NCBI RefSeq assembly: GCF_004010195.1
Contig: NC_057718.1
Location: 72,610,674-72,674,673 of the forward strand
Direction of reading: 5' to 3'
DNA: 64,000 bases
From: Chiloscyllium plagiosum
Taxonomy: Eukaryota
Position 1 is the first letter of the stretch. The number at the start of each line of letters is the position of its first letter. The position numbers and the translations under genes are program-made. Shown here piece by piece: positions 12,887-24,000 of the stretch. Under the pieces are notes generated by a model. It was not told the origin of the DNA and did not search any database. It worked only from the letters and a program-made list of their open reading frames with translations.

Positions 12887-13262
12887 GTGTGTGGAAACAG
12901 GCCTTTTGGCTCAGCAGGCCCACACCGATCCTCCAAAAATATTCCACCCAGACTCAGTCCTCTAGCCTATTACTCTACCTTTACCCCTGACTAATGCACT
13001 AAACCCACACACCCCTCAACACTGTTGGCAATTTAGCATGGTCAATTCACCTAACCTGCACATTTTTGGATTGTGGGAGGAAAACAGAGCACCCGGAGGA
13101 AGCCCACACAGACACAGGGAGAATGCGTAGATGCTGGAGATCAGAGTAGAGAGTGTGGTGCTGGAAAAGCAGGTCAGGCAGCATCTGAAGAGCTTCATCA
13201 GGAGGGACTTGTGTCCGAAACGGCGCAAAGGTCCTGTACTGCTCTGTAATGTTCTATGTTCT
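12887..13262. mobile_element. Composite of an HE1 fragment (-), a Penelope mini-element fragment and a CR1 tail
   Basis: HE1 body to ~13127, then gatgctggagatcagag...cttcatcagg, then ccgaaacg and a gttctatgttcta tail. Confidence 0.65.
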
Positions 13263-13452
13263 AACTGGATAACAGGTACATGTAAGTTATTGCCATATTC
13301 CTTTTTACCACAGTACTAACAGACGTCATATCGCATCAAAAGATAAGCTTCGAAAGAAGGTGCAATGTTCAGTGCCTTTCCCTCTGAAATCCCACATTAG
13401 ACAACAGTCTTGGTTTCATGAGTGTAACTTATTTCCAACTTTAGTGAGTATT

Positions 13453-13760
13453 TAGATTCCCTATGGTATGGAAACAGGCCCTTCGGCCCAACAAGTCCTC
13501 ACCGACCCTCTGAAGAGTAACCCATTAAGACTCACTAAACCCCTGACTAATGCACCTAACACTATGGACAATTTAGCATGGCCAATTCATCTGACCTGCA
13601 TATCTTTAGATTGTGGGAGAAAACCGGAGGACCCAGAGGAAACCCATGAAGACACGGGGAGAATGTGAAAACTCCACACAGACAGTTGCCCGAGGCAGAA
13701 ATCAAATCTCGGTCCCTAATGCTGTGAGGCAGCAGTGCTAATCACTGAGCCACTGTGCCG
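13453..13760 (-). mobile_element. HE1-like V-SINE
   Basis: Near-full-length match to the other copies. Confidence 0.85.
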
Positions 13761-13763
13761 TTC

Positions 13764-13860
13764 AAATGCAGCAGTAGAGCTGGGTTTGGCAGATCCTCCA
13801 TTGGACAAGTATCTCTCATCCAATGGAGGATCTGCCAAACCCAGCTCCACTGCAGCATTT
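13764..13860. repeat. Inverted repeat / long hairpin
   Basis: Perfect 29-bp arms at 13777-13805 and 13819-13847 with a 13-nt loop, extended by 13 bp with 2 mismatches. Confidence 0.92.
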
Positions 13861-14494
13861 ACTATCTCCAGGCCTGCAGAATCCAAAGTCTACTGCTCCA
13901 TGTCTCCACTCCCAGTCTATGACAAAGTTAAGCTCCACCAAATGGCCAGCAGTAAATCATGTCTTTATGTGCTTAATCTCTTAATCCCAGTGGGATGAGT
14001 TCAACTACCCTGAGCCTATCTCTGGACTAGTCAGGCAGAGATTTTCTGGTCTGACTTTGGCAGTTGTGATAAGCAATCTCAACCTTTAAAAAGTACTTGG
14101 ATGAGCGTATGAAGTGTCATAACACTCAAGGTTATGGGCTCAGTATAGGAAAGTGGGAATGGTGTATTAGGTGCATAATTTGGTGCTACAGATTTGATGC
14201 ACTGAAGGGTCTCTTCTGTACTGTTTCATTCTATGATCAAAGGGTGGTAAAGACTGAACAGTTTAGTATCAAGTTCCAACGGAATTGAATTGGCTGGGGC
14301 ATTATCCTCATAAAAGGAAATTTCAGAAAGATGCCCAGATAGAGTTGATTTGACTTCCAAGCACACAGACTCAGGTTAACCTAAGCTACAAATCTCATAC
14401 CTTGTAGCTGCTTCACATTTTTGTCATAAACTAATTTCCAAGCTTTGTCTTAATCTCATCAAACGCTGAAGGATGTTTCTCTGCCTATGACTCT

Positions 14495-14670
14495 TCCCCT
14501 GACTTACTGCACCCTGGCTCTGCTACTTCCACCTCTCCCAGGCCTGCTGAACCCTTGCTATGTTGTTCCATCCTCGCCCCTGTGCTGGTACTCAGCTCTG
14601 CTGATTCCTCCTCTGTGGACTTGCTGAGCCCTGGCTCCTCCTCCCAGGCCTGCTGAACCACAGCTCTGCT
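14495..14670. repeat. Degenerate pyrimidine-rich minisatellite
   Basis: Recurrent ccaggcctgctgaacc / cagctctgct / ctcctc units. Confidence 0.6.
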
Positions 14671-14924
14671 TGGTAATCAATGGGACGCAGAGATCGAAAG
14701 TAATTTACAGGATGGAACTCCATTATTTAAAAGTCAGAATTCTTATCCCTGCAGGAAGGCAAACTCTCTAATGTTAATTTGGTGATTTCTATCAATGTCT
14801 CTAAGATCTTTGTCTCTCACAAACCGAGCGCCCACCTTCCCCACACTCCATCATTCACTGATTACACTAGCGATTACCTGGATAACTGAGTAAAAAGACT
14901 ATTTCCTCCCATCAAGTTTGTTTA

Positions 14925-15620
14925 TAATAGAATCCCTACTATACTGAAAGAGGTTATTTGGTTCGTTGAGTCTGCACTAATCCTCTGAAGAGCATCCCAC
15001 CCAGACCACCCCTGACCCTACCTTCATAACCCTGCATTTATTATGGCTAATCCATCTAAACTACATGTCTTGTCAATACCTCTAACCTGCACACCTTTGG
15101 AGCATGGGAGAAAATTTGAGCATCTGGCAGAAACCCACACAAACAAGGAGAGAACATACAAATTCTACACAGTCACCCAAGGCTGGAGCTGAACCCAGGT
15201 CTCTGACACTGTGAGGCAGCAGTGCTAACCACTGTGCCATGTGCCACCCTGCAAGGGTTAAGGTCTGCAAAGTGCACACTGCAATTGAATTGCAGATTTA
15301 CACTCTGAAAGCTTAAGATTAGAGTTTAGATTAGATTAGATTCCCTACAGTGCAGAAACAGGCCCTTTAGCCCAACCAGTCCACACTGACCCATTTCCCT
15401 CTGAATAATGCATCTAGCACTATGGGCAATTTAGTATGGCCAATTCACCTAACCTGCACATCTTTGGATTGTGGGAGGAAATCGGAGCACCCTGAGAAAA
15501 CCCACGCAGACATGGGGAAAATGTGCAAACTCCACACAGTCGCCCGAGGCTGGAATCGAACCTGGGACCCTGGTGTGGTGAGGCATCAGTCTTAACCACT
15601 GAGCCACCGTGCCGTGCCGC
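14925..15620 (-). mobile_element. Two adjacent HE1-like V-SINEs (~14925-15250 and ~15320-15620)
   Basis: Both have a tRNA-like head (aaccact...cc) and a CR1-derived tail. Confidence 0.85.
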
Positions 15621-15796
15621 ACATCTAGGAAATCTATACAGACATTTTAAAACTCGTAAACTTTATTAATCAATTGCACAATATAATTGTAATTTTCTAA
15701 CAACTATAATTCAAGCTTTACCAAATGAAGAACATAAGTTATGCAACATGAACATAAGGAGAAGTAAGTCCCCAGCTCCTTCACCATTCAATAACC

Positions 15797-15930
15797 TGGA
15801 AATAGCAAGGACTGCAGATTGTGGAGGTCAGAGTCGATAAAATATGGAGCTGGAAAGGCACAGCAGGTCAGGCTGCATCAGGGGTGCAGGAAAGTCGACG
15901 TTTCGGGTTGGGACCCTTCATGAGGACTTT
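15797..15930 (-). repeat. Penelope terminal-repeat mini-element (type A) with mutated hammerhead-like core
   Basis: Minus strand CTCATGAAGGGTCCCAACCCGAAACGTC (G5 mutated to C). Confidence 0.7.
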
Positions 15931-16429
15931 ACTGCTCTGCCGCACCATTCAATAAGATTGATTTGATTCTTCTACATTCCTACTGGTCATCAAGTAACTT
16001 ACACTCGTTTACTTCTATTTACATCTGCCTTAAAGATGCTCAGACTCTGCTTCCACCCCTTGAGAGAAATCACTTGAGAGAAATAATTTCCCCTTATTTC
16101 GGAGTTAAATGAGTGAGTCACTTTTAAACAGTGACTCCTAGTTCTAGATTCTTCCACAAGAGGAAACATTATTTTCACAGTCACTTTATCAGAACCCCGG
16201 AGGATCTCAAATGTTTCAATAAAGTCATCTCTTAATCAATGAATATACATTTACAGACAACCATGAGACCTTTGCATGAGACAACCTGTTATTCCAGGTA
16301 TTAGCCTTGTAAACCTTCTCTGAAAAATGAGAAATGAAGGTTGAAGGCTGTAAAGAACATTTACTATTTGGGTAAATTGTATGAAAGATTAATATCTCTC
16401 TTACTTACCCAACACCACATTGCTACATA

Positions 16430-17490
16430 AGCTTACTGGTTAGCAAGGTCAGATCTCATGAAATACTGGGAGAACTAGGCATTTGGATACAGAACTGGCT
16501 CAAAGGTGGTGGTGGAAGGATGTTTTTCACTGTAGGCCTGTAACCAGTGGAGTGCCAAAAGTATCTGTGCTGGATCGATTACTTTTCATCATTTATATAA
16601 TGATTTGGATGTAAACACAGGAGGCATAGTTAGTAAATTTGCAGATGACACCAAAATTGGAGGTGTAGTGGACAGCAAAGAAGGTTACCTCAGATTACAA
16701 AGGGACCTTGATCAGATGGGCCAAGGGCTGAAAAGTGGTAGGTGGAGTTTAATTTAGATAAATGAGAGGTGCTGCATTTTGGGAAGGCAAATCTTGGCAG
16801 GACTTACACATTTCATGGTAAGGTCCTAGGGAGTGTTGCTGAACAAAGTGACCTTGGAGTGCATGTTAATAACGCTTTGAAAGTAGAGTCGCAGTAGGTA
16901 GGATTTTGAAGGCGGCGTTTGGTATGCTTTCCTTTACTGGTCAGAATATTGAGTATGGGATTTGGGAAGTCATGTTGCAGGATGTTGGTTAGGCCACTTT
17001 TAGGATATTGCGTGTAATTCTGGTCTGTGAAATTTGAAAGGGTTCAGAAAAGATCCACAAGGATGTTGCCAGGGTTGGAGGATTTGAGCTATAGGGAGAG
17101 GTTGAATAGGCTGGGCTGTTTTCCCTGGATCATCGGAGGCTGAGGTGTGACCTTATAGAGATTCATAAAATCATAAGGGGCATGAATAGGGTAAATAGGC
17201 AAAGTCTTTTCCCTGGGGTGGGGGAGTCCAGAGCTAGAGGGCATGAGTTTAGACTGAGAGATAAAAGATATAAAAGAGACCTAAGGGGCAACCTTTTCAC
17301 GCAGAGGGTGGTGCGTGCATGGAATGAGCTGCCAGAGGAAGTGGAGGAGGCTGGTACAACAACATTTAAAAAGCATCTGCATAGGTTTATGAATAGAAAG
17401 GGTTTACAGGGATATGGGCCAAGTGCTAGCAAATGGTACTAGATTAGGTTGGGATATCTGGTCAGCGTGCTGTACACTTCTATAATTCTA
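16430..17490 (+). mobile_element. CR1 LINE 3' portion
   Basis: SKFADDTKIGG, FTQRVVRAWNELP and a 3' UTR. Confidence 0.9.
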
Positions 17491-17765
17491 AGCTGTTTAA
17501 ATTTAAGCCTTTTTTAAACTCCAGTAGCCAATTGGTAACAATGTAAACCTGAGGCAGTTTGTACTCAGTCTGGATTTATTCATAGTGAAACAGTTCATAT
17601 ATATACCTCTTCACTCAATTTGCATCCCATTAGTATCTCATGTATTTTTGAAGATTAATTTAATTAATTAATCAGGATATCTGGTCGGTATGGACAAGTT
17701 GGTCTGTTTCTATGCTGTACATCTCTATGACTCTAAGCTGTTTAAATTTAAGCCATTGTAAATAG

Positions 17766-18092
17766 TACGGTGGCTCAGTGGTTCGCACTGCTACATCACA
17801 GCACCACAGATCAGTGTTCGATTCCTACCTCAGGCAACTGTCTGTGTGGAGTTAGCACATTCTCCCCATGTCTGCGTTGGTTTCCTCTGGGTGCTCCGGT
17901 TTCCCCCCACAGTTCAAAGATGTGCAGGTTAGGTGAATTGGCCATGCTAAATTGTCCATAGTGTTAGGTGCATTATTCAGAGGTAAATATAGGTTGGTGG
18001 AATGGGTCTGGGTGGGTTACTCTTTGGAGGGTCAGTGTGGACTTGTTGGGCCAAAGGGCCCGTTTCCATACTGAAGGGAATCTAATCTAATT
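17766..18092 (+). mobile_element. HE1-like V-SINE
   Basis: TGGCTCAGTGG A box, GTTCGATTCC B box and (AATCT)n tail. Confidence 0.88.
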
Positions 18093-18239
18093 CAAATTAA
18101 ACCTGAAGAAATCAAATTAAAGACTGGCAGTCCCTTAAAGGAGTTCCAAAACAAAATTAAATGTTCTAAAAAAATTAATTTAATTTGATCACTGATCACA
18201 AAAGGCGTCAACTTTATTCGTGGACACTACATGCTCCCT

Positions 18240-18415
18240 TTCCAGGGCACTCAGATGCAGATGTAACTATGAAAGAGAGGCAGACAGCTGATCTCACAAC
18301 TCCTTCCATGGTCTATTGCCTGGACCTGATGGTGGCCACCATGGCCAGGGTCAGGAGCAGACCCACAAGGACATCCACATCACCTTTCTTCCTAAGATCA
18401 GGAGTGTGTGGCTGT
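18240..18415 (-). mobile_element. Tx1/L1-clade LINE ORF2 C-terminal fragment
   Basis: Minus strand reads DVLVGLLLTLAMVATIRSRQ*TMEGVVRSAVCLSF, resembling the recalled end of Tx1-like ORF2. Confidence 0.5.
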
Positions 18416-18539
18416 ACTGCAAACAAAATCAATGAGCAGCTCCTTCAAGAAATGAAAGAAGGAACATAATCTGCTACAACCTGCATATACATGGAACACA
18501 GATTCCTCAAGGCTTCAAAAATTACAAATTACAAATACA

Positions 18540-18670
18540 AATTCCTGAAGAAGGGCTTATGCCCGAAACGTCGATTCTCCTGTTCCCTGGATGCTGTCTG
18601 ACCTGCTGCGCTTTTCCAGCAACACATTTCCAGCTCTGATCTCCAGCATCTGCAGACCTCACTTTCTCCT
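18540..18670 (+). mobile_element. Penelope-derived mini-element with intact minimal hammerhead core and 15-bp TSD
   Basis: CTGAAGA-A-GGGC-TTAT-GCCC-GAAA-CGTC at 18545-18572. Flanking direct repeat caaattacaaataca at 18525-18539 and 18671-18685. Confidence 0.8.
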
Positions 18671-19687
18671 CAAATTACAAATACAGCACACTGTATGGAG
18701 AATTCATTCACTTTCATATGAAATTCAACAATCTAACTATTTCATACCGCAATAACTGCAGACCCTGTGGCGAGGAGTGACTGGAGACATTTTTTAAAAT
18801 TTTGTCATGGGATGTGCGCATTGCCAGTTAGGCCAACACTGTTCCACAATCCTAACTGTGCTTGTACTGAGTGGCATGTTAGGCCATTTCAGAGAGCAGT
18901 TAGAAGTCAACTAAATAACAGTGGATCCTGAGTCACATGTAGGACAAAGTAGGTAAGGATGGCATATTTCCTTCCAGAGGCATCATATGTTAGGTTACAC
19001 AGAACATAGAACAGAACAGCACAGGAACAGGCTGTTCAGCCCACCAAGTCTGTGCCAACCATGATGTCATTCGAAACTAATCCCATTTGCCTGCACATGG
19101 TCTGTATCCCTCTATTCCCAACTGTTCATGTGTTGGTCAAACGGCTCTTAAATATTGCTATTGTATCTGCTTCCACCATCTTCCTGGCAGTGCATTCCAG
19201 TCACCTACCAATTTTGTGCAAAAGAAAAGCCCACCTTGCATATCCCCTTTAAACTTTCTTCTCTCACCTTGAAACTAAGACCCAAATTAAATATGGTAGA
19301 ATTCTTTAGTATGTAAGCCTAGTTCAGTAACACTAACTAATATTTAGAACTTCGAGAAAAATAACAAGAGTGCACCTTGTCAAAATGAGGTTGTTCAAAA
19401 CAGTTTGAATGATGGGTAACCTGTGAAGAACAAAGCTACCAATTCATTTGGGAACAAGTAACAGCATAACTGGGTATCATTTCCAACTCTCAAGCTAACA
19501 AATGTGCGATAATGCATGCTAGCAACATTAATCCAACGACAATGTGTCAGAAAAACGTATACCGAATAGTAGAGACCGTTTGAAAAATTCAAGTCACCAA
19601 ATAAAGTTGAACTGAGTTATATAATTAATCAAGCCAGAGTTTAACCAGGCATCAGTGGGCCAACAAATGGAACTTGGTGTAAATAAG

Positions 19688-20042
19688 AGTCATAGAATCC
19701 CTACAATGTAAAAGCAGGCCATTCGGCACTGAGTTCACACTGACTCTCCAAAGAGGATCCCGCCCAGATCTACCCCTTACCCTATCCCTGTAACCCTGCA
19801 TTCCCCATGTCTAATCCACCTAACCTCCACATCTCTGGACACTATGGACCATTTAGCAAGGTCAATGCACCTAACTTGCACAGCTTTGAACTGTGGGAGG
19901 AAACTGGAGCACCCAGAGGAAATTTGCGCAGACACGGGGAGAATGTGCAAACTCCATACGGACAGTTGCCCAAAGGTGAAATTGAACCCAGGTCTCTGGT
20001 ACTGTGAGGCAGCAGTGCTAACCAGTGAGCTATTATGCTGCC
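19688..20042 (-). mobile_element. HE1-like V-SINE
   Basis: Near-full-length match to the other copies. Confidence 0.83.
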
Positions 20043-21002
20043 AATTAAGATTCAGCCATCAAAATTTTGCATGCCATTAAGTCGTTAGAAGATATGAAGT
20101 GGAAAGCCAGCAAGAAGCACATTGGAATAGTAAAATCTAGAGGTAACAAAGGTTTGAAGGCTTCAGCTGCAGTTGAACTGAGGGCAAATTCTAGAAATGT
20201 CACAGAGGTAGAAGTAGGTAGTCTGATGCTCGTACAGATATATGAACAAAATCTGATCTCACTGTGAATTATAATACTCTGATTCTAAATCAGATGATGA
20301 CAACCAGACTGTTGTCAGGAGTGATCCACTCCTGTTCCTACGTTTCCAGACTCTTTCTCGATTTTGAAGATTTCAGATCATAATCTATTTTTCCTCTCAC
20401 AGCAATGCTGGTAACCATTATTGTGTATTTGATCAATTCTACATTCACCCTATTCCTCCCTCACTATAACAACCATAGAAAATGCTAGTGACATTCAGCA
20501 GATCCGGCAGCATCCATTGAGGGAGAAGCAGTTAATGTTTCACATTCAATAGGAGTCTTCTTCAGAACCCTTCACCTTTGTTACCTTCTCCCTATCTCTA
20601 CACTTGATTAAGACCTGCTACATTTATGACTTGTTCTATTTCTGAGGCAAGGTTATAGACTCAAAATATTAGCTACTTTTCTCTCTCTGCCAATGCTGCC
20701 TTTCTGAGTATTTCCAGCCTTTTCAATTTATATTACAAAAATTTGACTGTCTTAACTAATAATTGTCTCACATTCTGTCCAACCAATTACATTAATATAT
20801 TGTGGAACATTGAGCTGGTGAATTAGATAAGTAAGCTTCATAAAACATCTATCTGCATCGGACAATTCTTTTTATTTACATGCTCAGCAGATGGCTTTCC
20901 TCGGAGCCCATTATGCTGGCTTTAGAGAGTGCGGAATGATGACTAAATCTGCTCAAAAGCAATTAAACATAGCAAAACAACAACACCTTTAACAGTACAT
21001 AC

Positions 21003-23034
21003 CTATTATTTGACATTCCGGACTCATATTTATATTGATGGATTAGATTGTCCAAATTTCGACAAAGTTGCAATGTCACAGCTGTTACCATCCTCCGAAG
21101 CACTTTCCCCATATACGGGAGAGTTGATGTTATCAGTCCAATCCACTGAGCATTCATTTTACAGGAAAAGGGTTGATTGAATGCCTTAAGTACAGCAGAC
21201 ATGAACATTCCCTGAGAAGTAATTGGTTGAGAGTGCAAATATTGTAAAGAGGTCAATGACTGTTGTGCATTACTATTCTCTATATCAGAGGTGACAAACT
21301 CATATCCTGTCTCATTATCTTCAGATGTAAACATCACTTTATGCTCCAGGACAATCAGTCGCTGTACCAGCTTTAATAGCTGAGTCTGCAATGTGCTGCA
21401 ATTGTCAATTTCATCCTCTGAAAAGTTGATGATACTGTCCTCAGATAAGCCTTCTTCAATGGTCATTACATTTTTCCCAGCAGTTCTCAGATAGTGCCAC
21501 TTCTGAGCACTGAAGACAGAAGAAAGTAAGCAGTGGAGGACTACCTTCTGAACTTTGCACTTCAGCAGCATATCAGAGATAAAGCTAGCAAAGCCTTTGG
21601 CTGAACTTTCAGTCACTTTTGCCAGCTCAGTAAAAAGTAAGGTTAGGATTCGGATACTCACAATTTGCAAATTTCGGTTTCCAGAAAGATCCTGTTGAGT
21701 CACTTTTACATGGGCGGGGTAGTAGCTTCTCATAAAGTACAAAGAGAGAGAGATAATGATCTCTATGTACATTGAGCTACGAAAAGCATGGCTGGAATCG
21801 AGTGGAATGTGACTATAGAAGTCCCTACCCATGACAGAAATTCGGTGCCTGGCCATAAGATTCTGCAGTAGAGAAAGCTGTGGAGTATAGGTATTATTTA
21901 CACTCGTGGTGGAAATGGCACTCACAAATCCTATTGGATTTGTTTTCAAGATAGATTCAACAGCAGACAGAGCATGTAAAGCCCTTGTGGAATCACACAC
22001 TTGAAGATAGAGTAAAACATGCTGATATAAAGGATGAATATGAAATTTTGAAGTTTTCCAGATTCCTGGAGATCCAATATCACTCTCAATTTCAGAAATC
22101 TCGCCTTCACCACAGCTGTACCAGTTCTCCAGGTCCATGTTATCTCCAAAGGACACATTAGGTGGCTTCATTTTCTCATTCTGTGCCTTCTTTTTGTCAT
22201 CTTCCTTCTTTTTGCTTATTTTTATTTTGGGTTTTGCTCCAGGTGGTATAGGAAGATCTTTGATGTCAAGCTCTCTATTAAATGGTTTCATTATCACTTT
22301 GCCAATTTGTCCTAAATGGTTACCAAGCGGGTTCATCTTTATCAATTGCATCTCTTCTGTAGAGAGACTGTATTGAGACAAAGGATCTTCAGGTACTGAA
22401 ATAGTTAGTGAGGATTTGGGTCTACTTAGGCTTCCAAAAATGGTCCCAACATCAGCATCAGTTGAAGCAGACATACTTTCAGAACTGTTACACTTAATAG
22501 TTCCATTCAAGGAACTTTTAATACTCAGGCTTTTAGCCTCATTTTGAAAAGAACACTCAGCTGGTTGCAAGTTTTCACTTGATCCCAACATACTAGCTTC
22601 AGTCTGAGCTGAAGCCTGAGGCTCTGGAGATTCAAACTCGCTATTTAATCCATTTACAACATTGTTGATCAAATGTGAAACTACTTCTTGCACAATAACA
22701 TCCACTGAACATTCTGACCAAATTTGTGCATTTCTGTTGGTTTTAGCACTTCCCATACTCAATGGTTCTGCCTCATAACTGCTGTTGTCTCCTGTTGAGG
22801 ACTGGGAACAGCCAGATTCAGAACTATGAAGGATTTCTGCCTGTTGCTCCTGTAGATCGAAGTCTGACACTCCAAATGGTAATGTTTCACTACTTGTGCT
22901 CAGCATTGACAACCTGTCACTCAGAGGATTCACCGTAAAGCTGAAGTTCTCCATTTCTTCTGCACCTAAATGTTTGTTAATCGTTTCTTTAGAAGCTGGG
23001 TGTTTTCCAGGGTCAAAGGATAGGTGTCCAAAAA
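21003..23034 (-). CDS. DOP1A: DOP1A large internal coding exon (2032 nt)
   Basis: Acceptor aatcccatag|TTTTTGGA, donor AATAG|gtatgt. Uninterrupted frame containing ENFSFTVNPLSDRLS, DLENWYSCGEGEISEIESD, HPLYQHVLLYLQ, CKVQKVVLHCLLSS and QLCRNLDNLI, as recalled for DOP1A. Phase 1-2. Confidence 0.97.
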
Positions 23035-23740
23035 CTATGGGATTAACAATATCAGAAAGAAAGTTAACTTTAAACAGCAGTCTTCTTGAGTCAAGCTTCT
23101 TAATAAGCTCTAGTATTAGCTATTTGTTTAAAGACTAATTGTGTCTTCAAACTTCATTGCCAAAAAACATGATTCCACTGAACAATTTTCATCCACTTTT
23201 CCCCCAGAGATTTATCTTGTGATTTGAAAATCCAAAACACTGTTAATGAAAAATATGACTGAATTCTTACCATTTCCAGTAGATTAGATTTAAGTAATTA
23301 ATTCAAATTATAATAATTAAGTGAAGAAATCTGCAAAACTCAACACCTCAAAGAAGCAAGAAATTACATAATCTTCAATTGTGAAGTGTGTGGTACCCAA
23401 CTGGGGAATATTTTCAAACATTTGAAAGGATCACTTTTGCCTGCTGAATACTTTTATTCCAAAAAACTAGGATTCAACAAAAGAAACATATTCAAGTACA
23501 TCATACTTTTGAGACAGACCAGAGCTGCTCAATTACAGGAAAACATCCAACTTACCAGCAGTGATATGGATTCTAAAGAGATTTTAAACCAAACAGGGAT
23601 CTAGTTTAGGTTACACCTCAGAATAGTTGAAATTTACACAGCATAGAAAAATCAATATAATGGAAAGTTGATAAAATAAAATTTACATTAGAACAATAAA
23701 TGACTTTTTTTAATAAAGCATTAATTGAAAGAATACGCAC

Positions 23741-24000
23741 CATCTGTACCATTAATCCCTTGCATGTAAGCAATCGTATCTTCTTCAACAGGTGTATTCT
23801 TGGATTTACTTATGTGCCTCTCAATTTGCATTCGTTGAACAGAAATACGCTGAGTTTTTGGGTGGAGTAGCAACAGAAGCAATGGCTCAAGGATCCTTGC
23901 AATGTCATGTCTCTGAATACATTGGTTCAGCCAGGACTGAGCCACTGAACAAATGGAGCCATCCATGCTACTCAGGCTATCGAGCATTATTAACAGAGAC
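23741..24000 (-). CDS. DOP1A: DOP1A internal coding exon (260 nt)
   Basis: Acceptor ctttgtttag|GTCTCTG, donor GATG|gtgcgt. Encodes (R)SLLIMLDSLSSMDGSICSVAQSWLNQCIQRHDIARILEPLLLLLLHPKTQRISVQR...MQGINGTD. Phase 2-1. Confidence 0.93.

Noticed and set aside
20963..22954. 663-aa ORF as a standalone single-exon gene
   Set aside because: It is an internal DOP1A exon. The frame is open upstream of the ATG to an acceptor at 23034, and a donor at 21003 precedes the stop.
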